Origin: an uncultured Chloroflexia bacterium
GTDB lineage: Bacteria; Chloroflexota; Limnocylindria; Limnocylindrales; CSP1-4
Length of the DNA: 64,000 nucleotides
Assembly (NCBI GenBank): GCA_963832105.1
Contig: CAWHSS010000003.1
Location: 280,131-344,130 of the forward strand
Reading direction: 5' to 3'
Within the stretch, counting starts at the first letter, position 1; every line of letters begins with the position of its first letter. Shown piece after piece: positions 1-10,283 of this stretch. Under the pieces are notes generated by a model. The model was given only the letters and a program-made list of their open reading frames with translations, did not search any database and had not been told where the DNA came from. Made by a program: the position numbers and the translations under genes.

Positions 1-1
1 C

Positions 2-2221
2 GAGCGCAGCTACTGGGACTTCGACCGGCTGATGAAACGGGCCGAAAGCGCGGCCGGCAGCACGGTCTCCGCGACCGGAGCGATCTACGGGTTGCGCCGC
101 GACCTCGTCCCGACGATCGTGGCCGGCGTGACCGACGACTTCTACACGTCGACCGCGGTGATCGAGCGGGGATTCCGCCTCGTCTTCGCACCCGACGCGA
201 TCGCCTACGAGCCGCCGGCGTCGTCGAGCGGCCGCGAATACGGTCGCAAGGTCCGGATCATCAGCAGGGGATTTCGCGGCGTCGCCGCCAGGCGGGCGCT
301 GCTCGACCCTCGCCGGACCGGCTTCTATGCAATCCAGCTCGGCTGGCACAAGTTGCTCCGACGGCTGATGGCGGCGCCGGTCCTCGTGATGGGGGCGATG
401 AGCCTGCTGCTCGCCGGCGAGAGCCGGATGCATCGACTTCTTGCGGCGCTCCAGGTCGGCGGCTATGGGGCGGCGATCATCGGGTTGCTGGCGCCGACGT
501 CGCGGATCGGGCGTTCCCGCCCGATTGCCCTTGGCAGCTTCTTCGTGATGGTCAACATCGCCTCGCTCCATGCCGCGATCAACGTCCTGCGCGGGAAACG
601 GATCGAGCGCTGGGAGCCGGCCCGCACAGAACCCTGGCAGCTGAAGCCGGCGCCGCCGCGCAGCCCGGAGGAGGCGCCCCGCGCCCGCGTCCGAGTCGGA
701 GGCAGTCGGTTGACTGCCGTTGCCCCGAAGATCGAGAGCGTCCCCACCCGCCGGTCCCGACCGCTCCTGCCGATCGTCGGGATCGCCCTCTCAATCGCCG
801 CCAGCCTCGCGATCGGGGCCGCCGCCGCCCAGCAACCGGTCATCGCCGTGGCGGGCGTCATCGTGCTGCTCGGGGCGACGGCCGTGGCGATCCGGCCCGA
901 GGTGGCCGTGCTCATCGTCGTCGGCCTGATCTACAGCAACGCGCCGGTCGTCCTGAGCCAGTTCCACGACGTCCCGATCGCGCTCGCCGCATCGGTGCCG
1001 CTCATCCTCGCGGCACCGCTCGCGTACGACATCCTCGTCCGCCGCCAGAAGATCGTCCTGACGCCGGCCATGCCGTGGATCGCGGCGTTCCTCGTCATCC
1101 AGATCGTGTCGACGATCACCGCGCGGAACACGACCGACGCCGTCTCATCGCTCAGCACGTTCCTCGGCGAGGGGATCGGGCTCTACCTGCTGATCACGAA
1201 CACGATCCGCTCGACCGAGGTCCTGCGGGCCGTCGTGTGGGTCCTCCTGCTGGTGGGCGCCTTCCTCGGCGGGCTGTCGTTCTTTCAGCAGATCACCGAG
1301 ACCTACAACAGCTCCTACTTCGGCTTCGCCCAGACCGAGGCCGCTTTGACCGGCGTCACCGAGACAGGCATCGCCCGGTTGGCCGGGCCGATCGGCGAGA
1401 AGAACCGCTACGCCCAGATCATGCTGATGCTGATCCCGCTCGCCGTCCTCCAGATCAGCGCAGAGCGCAGCCGCTGGCTGAAAATCGCCGCTCTCGGCTG
1501 CGCCGCGCTGGCGGCGATCGCCGTCGCCCTGACCTTCTCGCGCGGCGCGGCGCTCGCCGCCGGGATCATCGTTATCGCGATGGTCGCACTCCGCTACATC
1601 CGCGTCAGCCATCTCCTGGCGGCCGCGGCCCTCATCGCGCTGGTCCTCGTCGCGGTCCCGGCCTACGGCGCGCGCCTGACGAGCCTGGCGGATCTCGGAG
1701 CGCTCCTGTCGGACGAACCGGCCGGCTCGACGACGGACAACTCCCTGCTGAGCCGGGCGACCGAGAACCTTACGGCCCTGCGCGTCTTCGCCGACCACCC
1801 GATCCTGGGCGTCGGGCCCGGCCAGTTTCCGGACTACTACCGCGACTACGCGGACGAGATCGGGGTGAGCGTCCGGGCGGCCGACCGCCAGGCGCACAAC
1901 CTCTACCTCGGGATCGCGGCGGAGACCGGCATCCTCGGCCTGACGGCCTTCCTCGGCGCGGTCGCCGTCACGCTGTACCAGCTCGCCCGGGCCCGGGCAC
2001 GGGCGCTCGCTTCACGGCCGGACCTGGCCGCGATGGCCGCCGGGTTCATGCTGGCGCTCGTCGCCTATCTCGCGAGCGGCCTGTTCCTGCACCTCTCCTA
2101 CGCCCGCTACTTCTGGCTCGTCCTCGCTCTCGGCGGGGTCGCGGCCAGCGTGATCCTCCAGGCGACGGCGGAGGACAAAGAGAACGCGGCGACTCCCCCG
2201 AAGGGAGCCGCCGCGGGCTGA
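2..2221 (+). CDS. Polytopic membrane protein. The C-terminal part of a GT2-type glycosyltransferase is fused in frame to an O-antigen ligase/polymerase-like (Wzy_C-type) domain. The 5' end lies outside the window.
   Basis: The frame is open from the window edge to the stop at 2219-2221. The N-terminal 'ATGAIYGLRRDL...ERGFRLVFAPDAIAYEPP' plus following TM helices resemble the C-terminal half of GT2 synthases. Residues ~250-700 form >=10 hydrophobic helices with 'TFSRGAALAAG' and 'QAHNLYLGIAAETGILGL' loops typical of O-antigen ligase family proteins. Confidence 0.6.
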   Translation, partial: ERSYWDFDRLMKRAESAAGSTVSATGAIYGLRRDLVPTIVAGVTDDFYTSTAVIERGFRLVFAPDAIAYEPPASSSGREYGRKVRIISRGFRGVAARRALLDPRRTGFYAIQLGWHKLLRRLMAAPVLVMGAMSLLLAGESRMHRLLAALQVGGYGAAIIGLLAPTSRIGRSRPIALGSFFVMVNIASLHAAINVLRGKRIERWEPARTEPWQLKPAPPRSPEEAPRARVRVGGSRLTAVAPKIESVPTRRSRPLLPIVGIALSIAASLAIGAAAAQQPVIAVAGVIVLLGATAVAIRPEVAVLIVVGLIYSNAPVVLSQFHDVPIALAASVPLILAAPLAYDILVRRQKIVLTPAMPWIAAFLVIQIVSTITARNTTDAVSSLSTFLGEGIGLYLLITNTIRSTEVLRAVVWVLLLVGAFLGGLSFFQQITETYNSSYFGFAQTEAALTGVTETGIARLAGPIGEKNRYAQIMLMLIPLAVLQISAERSRWLKIAALGCAALAAIAVALTFSRGAALAAGIIVIAMVALRYIRVSHLLAAAALIALVLVAVPAYGARLTSLADLGALLSDEPAGSTTDNSLLSRATENLTALRVFADHPILGVGPGQFPDYYRDYADEIGVSVRAADRQAHNLYLGIAAETGILGLTAFLGAVAVTLYQLARARARALASRPDLAAMAAGFMLALVAYLASGLFLHLSYARYFWLVLALGGVAASVILQATAEDKENAATPPKGAAAG

Positions 2222-2232
2222 TCGGCTGACGA

Positions 2233-5200
2233 CTACTTGTAGTAGCCGAAGACGTCCACGATGAGATGGGTCTTGCTGCCGTTCGAGGCCTTGTAGACCC
2301 CGCTGAGCGAGCCCGTCCCGGATAGCTCGATCGTGAAGTTGTTGGCCCGGGTGTCGCCGAGCGGGAAGTTGATCGTCGACGTCGTCGGGTTGGCCTGCGG
2401 CGTCGGCGTCAGCGAGACGTAGCCGGCCTTCGTCTGGCCGACGACCGTGACGTTGCCGATGATCGCCTGGGCGTCACTGCCGACACCGCCCCGGTTCGTC
2501 ACGGCCCACGTCCGCGGCGTGTTCGCCGAGAACTGGTTCGAAAGGCCGACGCCGAAGCGCGTATCGAGGATCCGCGACCCGTCGACCGGGACGAACGTCA
2601 TGCCAGCCGTGCCATCGAGGAAGTAGCCCGTCACGTCGAGGAGGACGTGGGTCGAGCCGCCGGAGGCCTTGTAGACGATCGAGAGGTCTCCGTTCGCCGT
2701 TGAGCGGAACCGTCACGCCGTTCGCCCGCGTGTCGCCGAGGGGGAAGTTGATCGTCGACGTCGTCGGGTTCGGTGCTGGGTTCGGCGTGATCGACACGTA
2801 TCCGGCTCGCGTCTGGCCGACGACCGTCAGGTTGCCGGTGATCGCCTCGGCGGCCGCCGGGGATGCCGTTCGCCCCGGCGATGCTGAGCGTCTTCGGGAC
2901 GTTGGGCTGGAACGCACCCGACAGCCCGATCCCGAAGCGGCTGTCGAGGACGCGGACCGGCGCCTTCTCGTAGAACGTCGTGCCGTCGGCGGCCACCCGG
3001 AAGTAGCCGGTCACGTCGAGCAGGACGTGGGCGGTCGAGCCGCCGGGTGCCTTGTAGACGATCCAGAGGTCGCCGGTGCCGTTGAGCGGGACGGTCACAC
3101 CGTTCGCCCGGGTGTCGCCGGCCGGGAAGTTCAGGACCGACGAAGCCGGGTTCGCCGTCGACGTCTTCGTGATCGACAGGTATCCGCCGCGGGTCTGGCC
3201 GACCACCGTCAGATTGCCGGTGATCGCGATCGTGTTTGCCGGGATGCCATTGGCGCCGGCGATGTTGAGGGTCCGCGGCACGTTCGCCGTGGAAGGCGCC
3301 GGCCAGGCCCTTGTTGATCCCCGGCCGCGTGTCGAGGACGCGAACGGGGGCGTCAACGACTTGTAGATCGTCTCGGGCGGCTGCTGGACGGTGATGTAGC
3401 CGGTCTTGATCTCGACGTCGCTACCGCCACCGTTCGTCGCCGTCAGCTTGACGGAGTACGTCCCCGGGTTGGCGTAGACCCAGCTCGGGTTCTTGGCGGT
3501 CGAGTCGAGCGTGCCGTTGTTGTCGAAGTCCCAGGCCCAGCTGGTCGGCGCGTTCGTCGAGGTGTCGGTGAACTGGACCGTCAGTGGCGCTGTGCCGCTT
3601 GTCGGGGTCCCCGTGAAGTTGGCAACGGGTGGCGGCGGGTTCGAGACGACGATGTAGTTCGTCTTCGTCTCGATGTCGCTGCCGCTGCGTTCGTCGCCGT
3701 CAGCTTGACCGTGTACGACCCGGCGTCGGCATAGACGTGGCTGGGGTTCTTCGCGGTCGAGTCCACGCGCCGTTGTTGTCGAACGTCCCAGGCCCAGCTC
3801 GTCGGCGCGTTCGTCGAGGTGTCGGTGAACTGGACCGTGAGCGGCTTGAGGCCGCTCGTCGGGGTCCCGGTGAAGTTCGCAACGGGCACGTACGGGGCAG
3901 GGCCCGCCGACGCAGTTGTGGAGGTAGTGGCGAGTCGGGATGTTCGTCGCCTCGACGATGATCCCCGTCGCGGCGGTCGCCCGCTGCTTGGTCGAGGTGG
4001 CGTCGTTGATCGCCGACTTCGGTCGCGCTGCTTGATGAAGAGCGTTCCCGATCGAGGCCGCCCCGAAGTTCAGCGTCGAGAGCGGGGCCGTGCGCCGGTA
4101 GATCGCCTGCGGCCCGGGCTGCGCCTGCTCCGGACTCGTCAGGAAGACGTTGGCCTCGTTCGCCACATCGTCGAGAACGAGGATCGGCCGGGTGCCACCG
4201 ACCGTGACGGACGTGACCGGGTGAGAGGCCCATGCGCCGGCCGCCCCGGCCGAGCCGGTCCGCTTCAGAACCGTGATGAGCGGATCTCCCCCGTTCGGGG
4301 CAGGGTCGTCGTTGCGGTTCGTCTTGACGGCCGCCAGCAGATTGCCGGACGCATCGGTCTTCAGGCTGATGTGGCCGTCGGCGTCGTAGGTGTTCGACGG
4401 TCTTGAACGCGTCCTCGCGGGCCTGCCAGGTGCCGACCGGGTCGGCGTTGGCATGGGCGACGAAGTAGAACGCGTCATCCCCGACGGTCTGGTTGGACCA
4501 GAGGACGCCGACGCCGCCATTCATGGTGGCGATTGCCGACGGTGTCGTTGGAGGTGATGTTGTTGCCCATGTTGGGCAGGTCGATCGGCGCGCTCCAGTT
4601 GACGCCGTTATCGGCCGAGCTCGTGATCCGGACCCGGTTCGCCTGGGTGAACGCGACCCACAGGCGGCCGTTTCCGTCCTTGGCGATCGTCGAGAAGCCG
4701 GTCCCGGCAGCCGTCCCGGCGATGAGCTTCGGGAAGCCGGCGACCGGCGCGTACGTGTTCGACGTCGTGTTGTACGTGTACTTGTAGATCCGGAGGTCGC
4801 GGCCCGTCGGTCCCCGCCGCACCCTCAGCCCGAGCCGAGGCGACGTAAATGACGTTGCCGTCGGCGAGCACGTCGCCGTGCGAGCGGTTGCGATCGTCGA
4901 CGGCGACGGTGGTGTTCGTCCAGTTCTGCGTCGCCATGTTGAAGCGCCAGATACGGAACTTGGCGGCCGGCGTCGAGATCGGATCGAACCTGACCCCGAA
5001 CCAGAAGCCGTCGTTCGTCCAGAGCTTGCTCTGGCTGCGGTTGGCCGTGACGTCGTCGCCGCCGGGCGCGGCCGGATCGCCGTACTGGATGTCGTCGCGA
5101 TAGCCGGCGGTCACCGGGACCGCGGCCGCAACGCTTCCGACCAGGGAGGAAGCCAGCGAGGCCAGGATGATGACGGCCAGCAGCCCGGAGATCCGGCTGG

Positions 5201-5237
5201 CGTGGACGCGTGCGGAGGCGCGGCGTGTCGTCGGCAT
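2233..5237 (-). pseudogene. Large secreted protein (~1000 aa) with a signal peptide, an Asp-box/BNR beta-propeller-like region, two PKD-like domains and three copies of an uncharacterised ~135-aa C-terminal repeat. The reading frame is broken >=9 times as assembled, either by real decay or by consensus indels.
   Basis: ATG at 5237 is followed by 'RISGLLAVIILASLASSLVGSVAAA'. There is an Asp-box 'SSADNGVNW'. Two repeats read 'PVANFTGTPTSG..PLTVQFTDTSTNAPTSWAWDFDNNG..STAKNPS.VYA..G.Y.VKLTATN'. Three units end in '..DVTGYF/DVFGYY'. The protein can only be followed by hopping between the ORFs 4608-5591, 4475-4822, 3700-4524, 2631-4520, 3581-3889, 2474-2917 and 2233-2634. Confidence 0.6.
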
Positions 5238-5269
5238 GTTGCGGGAACCCCAAAAGAAGCGCTGGAGGA

Positions 5270-7058
5270 TCAGTACTGGGGAGTCGATGGTAGCCCAGGA
5301 CGGCGGCATCCGGGCATTACAAAGGTAAGGCTCCGTTGCCGACTGGCAACGGAGCCTCGTTGAGGGGTTGAGTCCCGCGGGAAAGACCCGCGGCGATCGT
5401 CTACCGTGGCGAAGAGCCAGTCGGCGTAACCGAAGCTCTTGCCGGCGGTCGTGCTGGTCGAAGCGGGGAACGACGTGCCGTAGCGACGGTTGACGAGCCA
5501 CGGCTGCCATCGGTCGTCTCCGGCTGCCGGGTAGCCGAGGACGTGGATCCGGGTGAACGCGCGCAGGATCGCGCGGTTCTGCCAATCCCACGCGGGATAG
5601 CCGTTGCGCGAGAGGAGCTCGGCCTGGAGCACGGTGCCCTGGAGCGCCTCCCAGGTGTAGCTCTGACCGAGGTCGCCTACGACCGGGCTCGAGCCGCCGC
5701 GGCGCATGTCGTCAGGCATGATCCCGTCCAGCGTGACGCCGGCCGACCGAGGTGCCCATCGCGTTGATCCCGACCGGTGAAAGCCGGTTCGCCTGCCAGG
5801 TGAGGTCGTCGCCGTAGGTGAACGAGGCGTACGAGGTCCGGTCACCGAGGTAGCCCTTGAAGACCTTCGCCGCCCGGGCCAGGTCGGTCATGTCGCCGAG
5901 ATAGAGATCGGCGGCGATGCGGCCGGCGCCGGAGTGGGTGCCCCAGTTGTTCGGGCGCTTCTCGTGCATGCTGACGAGCGTGTAGCCACGGTCGGGATTG
6001 GCCCAGGTGCGGAGCTTGCTCAGCCAGCTCATCCAGGCCGGATCGCGCCAGCCGATGAGGTCTGCGGCGAGAACGAGTGGCGTGACGCCTCGTGCGATGC
6101 CGAGGGCATCGCCCGGATACTCGGTCCCGACGGCGGCCTTGAGCATCGTGATCGTGTCGGTGCGGTATTTGACGATGCCGGTTCGCGCGTAGACGAGCGC
6201 CTTGGCGAGGGCCGTGACGTCATTCGGGTCGTCCTGGTTGGAGAGGTTCGGGGAACCGACCGGGAGATCGGCGCGGGCTTTCAGCGCGACCCAGGCCGTG
6301 CCGCTCATCGGGAGCGCCATGAGCGTTGCCCTGTCGATGAGGATCGTGCCGCTCGCCGGGGCCGGACCTGTTGTCGGCGCGGGGACGGGTACGGGGGTGG
6401 CGGTCGGCTGGGGGGCGGGCGTGGCGGTCGGCACTGGCGCCGGCGTCGCGGTGGGCATGGGGGTCGCGGTCGGGGCGGGCGTCGCGTTGGGCGTTCCAGT
6501 CGGCGTCGGAGCAGCTGTGGGTGCCGGCGTCGGAGCGACCGTGGGTGCCGGCGTCGGGACCGGCGTCGGCGGAGGCGTGACAACCGGCGTCGGGTTTGGC
6601 GTCGGCACCGGCGTCGGATCCGCATCGGCGGAGGTCACCGTGACCACGAGCTCGGCAACCGTCACGGAGCCGGCCAGCGCCCGAACGGTGTGCTTCCCGG
6701 CCGCGACCGCGCCGGGCATGACAACCGCCAGGCGGAACTTGCCCTTGCCGTTCACGAGATACGGGGCGAGCTCCTTGGTGCCGTCGAGGACGATCATGCC
6801 GCGACTGGCGGCAGGAAAGCTCTCGGCGCGGAGGGCGAGCTTCGTCCCGGCCGCGACCGTCGTGCGGGCGGCTGAGAGGGTCGGCCCGCTGGCGGCCGCG
6901 GGCGCGGACATGAGGAGGATCGCGGGAAGCAGGAGCGCGATCGGGAGCGTGAGGATGGCGTCGCGAGCGCGCGTGCCGCGAGAGCGCCGGGTCGAGATCG
7001 GTGGCGTGGGGACGATGAGCACGCGATCTCGAGGATCGGCGACACGAATGTTTCGCAT
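5270..7058 (-). CDS. Secreted or anchored alginate-lyase/heparinase-like (alpha/alpha-toroid) polysaccharide lyase family protein with an N-terminal Ig-like module and a long Pro/Thr linker. There is one frameshift near 5740.
   Basis: The N-terminal TM/signal is 'ILTLPIALLLPAILLMSAPAAA'. The PT-rich linker is encoded at ~6300-6650. The catalytic region 'MHEKRPNNWGTHSGAG...TYGDDLTWQ...IMPDDMRRGG' is paralogous to 15094-16995. Family assignment is from motif memory only. Confidence 0.5.
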
Positions 7059-7459
7059 GGGGGCGACTCCTACCGGCGGGCCCGTGCGGGCAGGAGGCGA
7101 GAACTACCGATGGCCGCTGTGACGTCGCGGCGATCCAGAGACGGCAGCCCGGCCACCTGTCACCAGGTCCGAAGCTTTGCGACCCCGCCTCGCGACGGGT
7201 GTGCCTTTGGTCGTGCATTCCAGGGCTGAGGGTCAGAGGAATGTGACTCCCCTACCTTGCCCGACGATCTGCGCCGGGCCAAGCCCGACCTTGGTCCGTC
7301 GGCCGCTGGCGTGTTGGTTGGGGGTCTTGATACGGAGGGTGCGCTAGGGTGCGGTACGTACGTCGCCCCGGCCGTCGCGCAGGACGCACCACCCATTGCG
7401 GCCAGCGGCCCGACCTGACCAGGAAATTGGCTGCTGGCGACTCGCGTACGATCGTGTAG

Positions 7460-8215
7460 ATGACCGATCGCGACATCTACGACGCCGGTCCGACCGACCG
7501 CAAGCCGCCATTCCGCTTCTCGGCCCATGCCCGGGTCTGGTTCTCCGACACGGACGCCCAGGGCGTCGTCTACTACGGCCGATACCTGCCCTACTTCGAC
7601 CACGCCCGGCTCGAATACCACCGCCATCTCGGGCTCCGAGCGCTGTGGCAGGGCGAGCAGGAGTTCGTCATGCGGGCGATGAGCGTCGAGTACGAGGCGC
7701 CGGCCGTCTTCGACGACCTGCTGGAGGTCTTCGTCCGAACCTCGCGCATCGGCCGGTCCAGCGCGACCGTCGAGTGCGCCGCCTACCGGGTCGCCGACGA
7801 CCAGCTCATGTGCACGGCCACCCAGACGCTCGTCCTGATCGAGGTCGCCGAGCGCCGCCCCACGCCAATTCCGGCGCCGTATCGGACGGCGATCGAGGCC
7901 TTCGAAGCGTCCCTAGGGCGTGTAGGTGACGTTCACCGAGACGAAGTCGAGCAGGTAGTCCTTGTTCGGCTGGTTCGTCGCGTCGGTGAACCGGACCCGG
8001 AAGTTGGCGTTGCTGAACTCGCTGGCAGCCCAGACCTTGCCCCAGGTGTCGGCCGCGCCGCCGAACAGGTAGGTCGCCTCCGCGGAGCCCGTCAGCGTGA
8101 CGACCTTGGCGGCCGTCCAGGTCGCCCCGCCGTCGCCCGACAGCTCGACGCACAGGCGGGACGTGCCACCGTTGTTGTTCATGCCCGACGTCGGCCCGGA
8201 CCTGGATACCGCTGA
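7460..8215 (+). CDS. 4HBT/YbgC-type acyl-CoA thioesterase (hotdog fold). Only the first ~150 codons look genuine. The rest of the ORF is probably read-through over the convergent gene.
   Basis: 'FRFSAHARVWFSDTDAQGVVYYGRYLPYFDHARLEYHRHLG' and 'VEYEAPAVFDDLLEVFVRTSRIGRSS' match the 4-hydroxybenzoyl-CoA thioesterase family layout. The tail after ~7915 is Arg/Gly-rich and overlaps 7913-8844 on the other strand. Confidence 0.7.
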   Translation: MTDRDIYDAGPTDRKPPFRFSAHARVWFSDTDAQGVVYYGRYLPYFDHARLEYHRHLGLRALWQGEQEFVMRAMSVEYEAPAVFDDLLEVFVRTSRIGRSSATVECAAYRVADDQLMCTATQTLVLIEVAERRPTPIPAPYRTAIEAFEASLGRVGDVHRDEVEQVVLVRLVRRVGEPDPEVGVAELAGSPDLAPGVGRAAEQVGRLRGARQRDDLGGRPGRPAVARQLDAQAGRATVVVHARRRPGPGYR

Positions 8216-8844
8216 CGAGGGTGACGCTGCCGGGCAGGCCGAGCGAGAAGTCGCGGAAGCGGTGGCGGTCGTTCGCGGCGTTCACGCACGCCGTCGAGCG
8301 AGCCGCCGTGCCGGTGTTGACGTCGGTCGCCATCACGCTGTCGTCGGCGCAGGCGCTGGCCGTCGCGGTCTCGTAGCCGTTGCCGTCGCCGCCGGTGTCG
8401 GCCGCGCTCGAGCCGCAGGCCTTCGGCCCCGTGCTGACCGGGCCCACGGAGATCGTGACGCTCGTCTGGTTGCTGTTGACGCTGCGCCAGTTCTGGAAGT
8501 ACGAGCGGAGGACGTAGTAGAACAGCCCAACGCCCGCCGCGTCAGTCGCGCTCGAGGCAGTCCCCGGCGTCGCACGTCCCGACCAGCGCGTAGCCGCTGC
8601 CGCTCGTCGTGCTCCGCCAGATCTCGTAGCCCGCGGTGTACGCGTCGACGCTGGGGGTCCACGTGAGGCTCGCCGTCAGGCCGACCGGGGTCGCGGAGAG
8701 GTTCGTCGGCGGCGCGAGGGTGTCGGTCGAGAAGGACACGGTCGAGGTGTCCTGGTCGGTCAGGCGGGCAAGCGTCCCCTGGCCGGTCGCTCCCATGAAG
8801 ACGACGGCGACGAGCAGGGCCGACAGGACGAGTCGTTTGCGCAC
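7913..8844 (-). CDS. Secreted protein with a SipW-cognate-type signal peptide, an Fn3-like module and a C-terminal beta-rich Cys-containing domain. There are two frameshifts, near 8560 and 8185.
   Basis: 'MRKRLVLSALLVAVVFMGATGQGTLARLTDQDTSTVSFSTDTL' has the same grammar as the TasA-like gene upstream. 'LSATPVGLTASLTWTPSVDAYTAGYEIWRSTTSGSGYALVG' is Fn3-like. The gene starts 10 nt after the sipW stop. Confidence 0.6.
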
Positions 8845-8854
8845 GTGTTGCCCG

Positions 8855-9592
8855 TCAGCCGGACCGGCGAGTCGTCGGCCTCGACGTACTCTGCATCGGC
8901 GTTGTCCGATGCTGCCGCGACGCTCGCATGAAGGCGAGCTGTTCGGTCCGGCTCAGCTTGGCGCCCGCCAGGAAGCCGCCATCGGTCGCGAGGTCGCGTC
9001 GAGCCGGTCGGGCGGCGATGGGTTCGCCCTGGCTGCGGTCGGATCCCGGCACGAGCGTCACCGTGACCTTGGTCGCCCGGTCCAGCTCGAGCGACTCGAG
9101 CAACCAGGCCGACGCAAGCAGCGTCGCTGCCATCCCGACGAGGAACAGGACGCCGGCCGGGATCGACAGCAGCGCGAGCAGGTAGCCGACCAAGGGGATG
9201 GCGAGCTCGGTCCGCCCCACGACCGCCGACGAGTGGATGAGCGTCGGGTCGGGAGTCGCGTTGGCGTCGCCCTTCGTCCGGATCCAGCGGCCGTCCGGGC
9301 GGTCGACGACCTCGATGATCCGGTGCGTGTAGATGGCGCTCTTCTCGCCGGCGTGCAGCGTGACGACGTCACCGACAGCGAGCGCCTCGGCGGGGACCGG
9401 CCGGATGACGATCGCGGCACCCAGCCCGATTGCGGGTTCCATGGACGAGCCGCCGACGATGATCGTCTGGCGGCCGGTCAGCGGTACGAGCTTGGCGAGG
9501 AGGATGCCCACCAGGACGATGACGACGAGCCCGATGAGCAGGAGGTCGAGGAATCGCCGCAGGCCGGCGGTCGCCGACGCGAGGATCCTCAT
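8855..9592 (-). CDS. sipW: Signal peptidase I, ER/archaeal type (S26B, SipW-like), with a ~75-aa C-terminal tail.
   Basis: There is an N-terminal TM, then 'GGSSMEPAI' (Ser nucleophile), 'IYTHRIIEV' (His), 'KGDANATPD', a C-terminal TM 'AGVLFLVGMAATLLASAWLL', and a charged tail. Confidence 0.8.
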   Translation of the reverse strand: MRILASATAGLRRFLDLLLIGLVVIVLVGILLAKLVPLTGRQTIIVGGSSMEPAIGLGAAIVIRPVPAEALAVGDVVTLHAGEKSAIYTHRIIEVVDRPDGRWIRTKGDANATPDPTLIHSSAVVGRTELAIPLVGYLLALLSIPAGVLFLVGMAATLLASAWLLESLELDRATKVTVTLVPGSDRSQGEPIAARPARRDLATDGGFLAGAKLSRTEQLAFMRASRQHRTTPMQSTSRPTTRRSG

Positions 9593-9689
9593 CGCTGCCT
9601 CCGGTTGGTTGATCGCGTGATCGCCGGCCGGGAACTGGGCTGCGACCCGCCGAATGGCAGGTCGCAGCGCAGCGCAGCCGACGTGCGAG

Positions 9690-10283
9690 TTACGGGTTGT
9701 TCGCGGTCTGTTCGGCGAGGAAGTTGAACGTGGCGAGGGACGTGGCGCCCTGGAAGGTGTTGTCCGTGGCGAGCGGCAGGCTCACCCGGAAGCACAGCAC
9801 CTCGCTTGAGCCACCGGTGAGGACGCGGTCGCCCAGGTTGGCGCCCTGGGCGGCGCTGCCGAAGCCGGCGCCGTCGAGCGCCGTGCCCGCGGCAACGACA
9901 ACTGCGCCGTCGAAGTCATCGCAGGCGCCGTCGAGGTCTTCGCCGCGGACCGCGACGTCGAGCTCGTCGCCGAGCGCGTTCGTGGCGACGGTCGCCATCG
10001 CGTAGCGGAAGTCGGCGGTCCCGGCATTCGAGATCGTCAGGCTGTCGGCGACGGTATCGCCGGGCATCATCGCCGTGATCGCGGCCATGACCGCCGGGTT
10101 CGACTCGATGTCGATCGTGCCGGTCGTGAACGACCACGTGGAGCTGTCCTGATCGGTGAACAGCGCGAGCGAGACGGAGCCGGCGCCGATCGTGAGCGCC
10201 GAGAGCGCGGCGAGAAGCGCTGCGATACCGCGGCGCCGCTTGCGGCGGCGCTCGACCTGGCGCTCGATAACGAGTTGATCCAT
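9690..10283 (-). CDS. TasA/camelysin-family-like secreted protein with a SipW-dependent-type signal peptide. An alternative start lies at 10292.
   Basis: 'RRRKRRRGIAALLAALSALTIGAGSVSLALFTDQDSSTWSFTTGTIDI' has the typical SipW-cognate signal layout. The mature part of ~150 aa is beta-rich. The RBS GAAGGGGA at 10293-10300 favours the ATG at 10283. Confidence 0.6.
   Translation of the reverse strand: MDQLVIERQVERRRKRRRGIAALLAALSALTIGAGSVSLALFTDQDSSTWSFTTGTIDIESNPAVMAAITAMMPGDTVADSLTISNAGTADFRYAMATVATNALGDELDVAVRGEDLDGACDDFDGAVVVAAGTALDGAGFGSAAQGANLGDRVLTGGSSEVLCFRVSLPLATDNTFQGATSLATFNFLAEQTANNP

Noticed and set aside
6300-6650. A short-period DNA repetition (gg(c/t)g(c/t)cgg-type units) could be mistaken for a tandem-repeat locus or degenerate array.
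   Set aside because: It is the coding sequence of a Pro/Thr/Ala linker ('PTPVPTPNPTPVVTPPPTPVPTPAPT...') inside the 5270-7058 protein. There is no spacer/repeat regularity.
7059-7459. A 400-bp divergent intergenic region was inspected for a riboswitch, promoter boxes or repeat elements.
   Set aside because: Only short, unremarkable dyads are present (for example GACGTC and CGTACG). There are no CACATG-type arms and no recognisable riboswitch core, so nothing can be supported by eye.
7916-8215. A ~100-aa C-terminal extension of the thioesterase ORF overlaps the convergent Fn3 gene.
   Set aside because: The hotdog domain is complete by ~150 aa. The extension is Arg/Gly/Val-rich and lies antisense to a region with good coding features on the minus strand.
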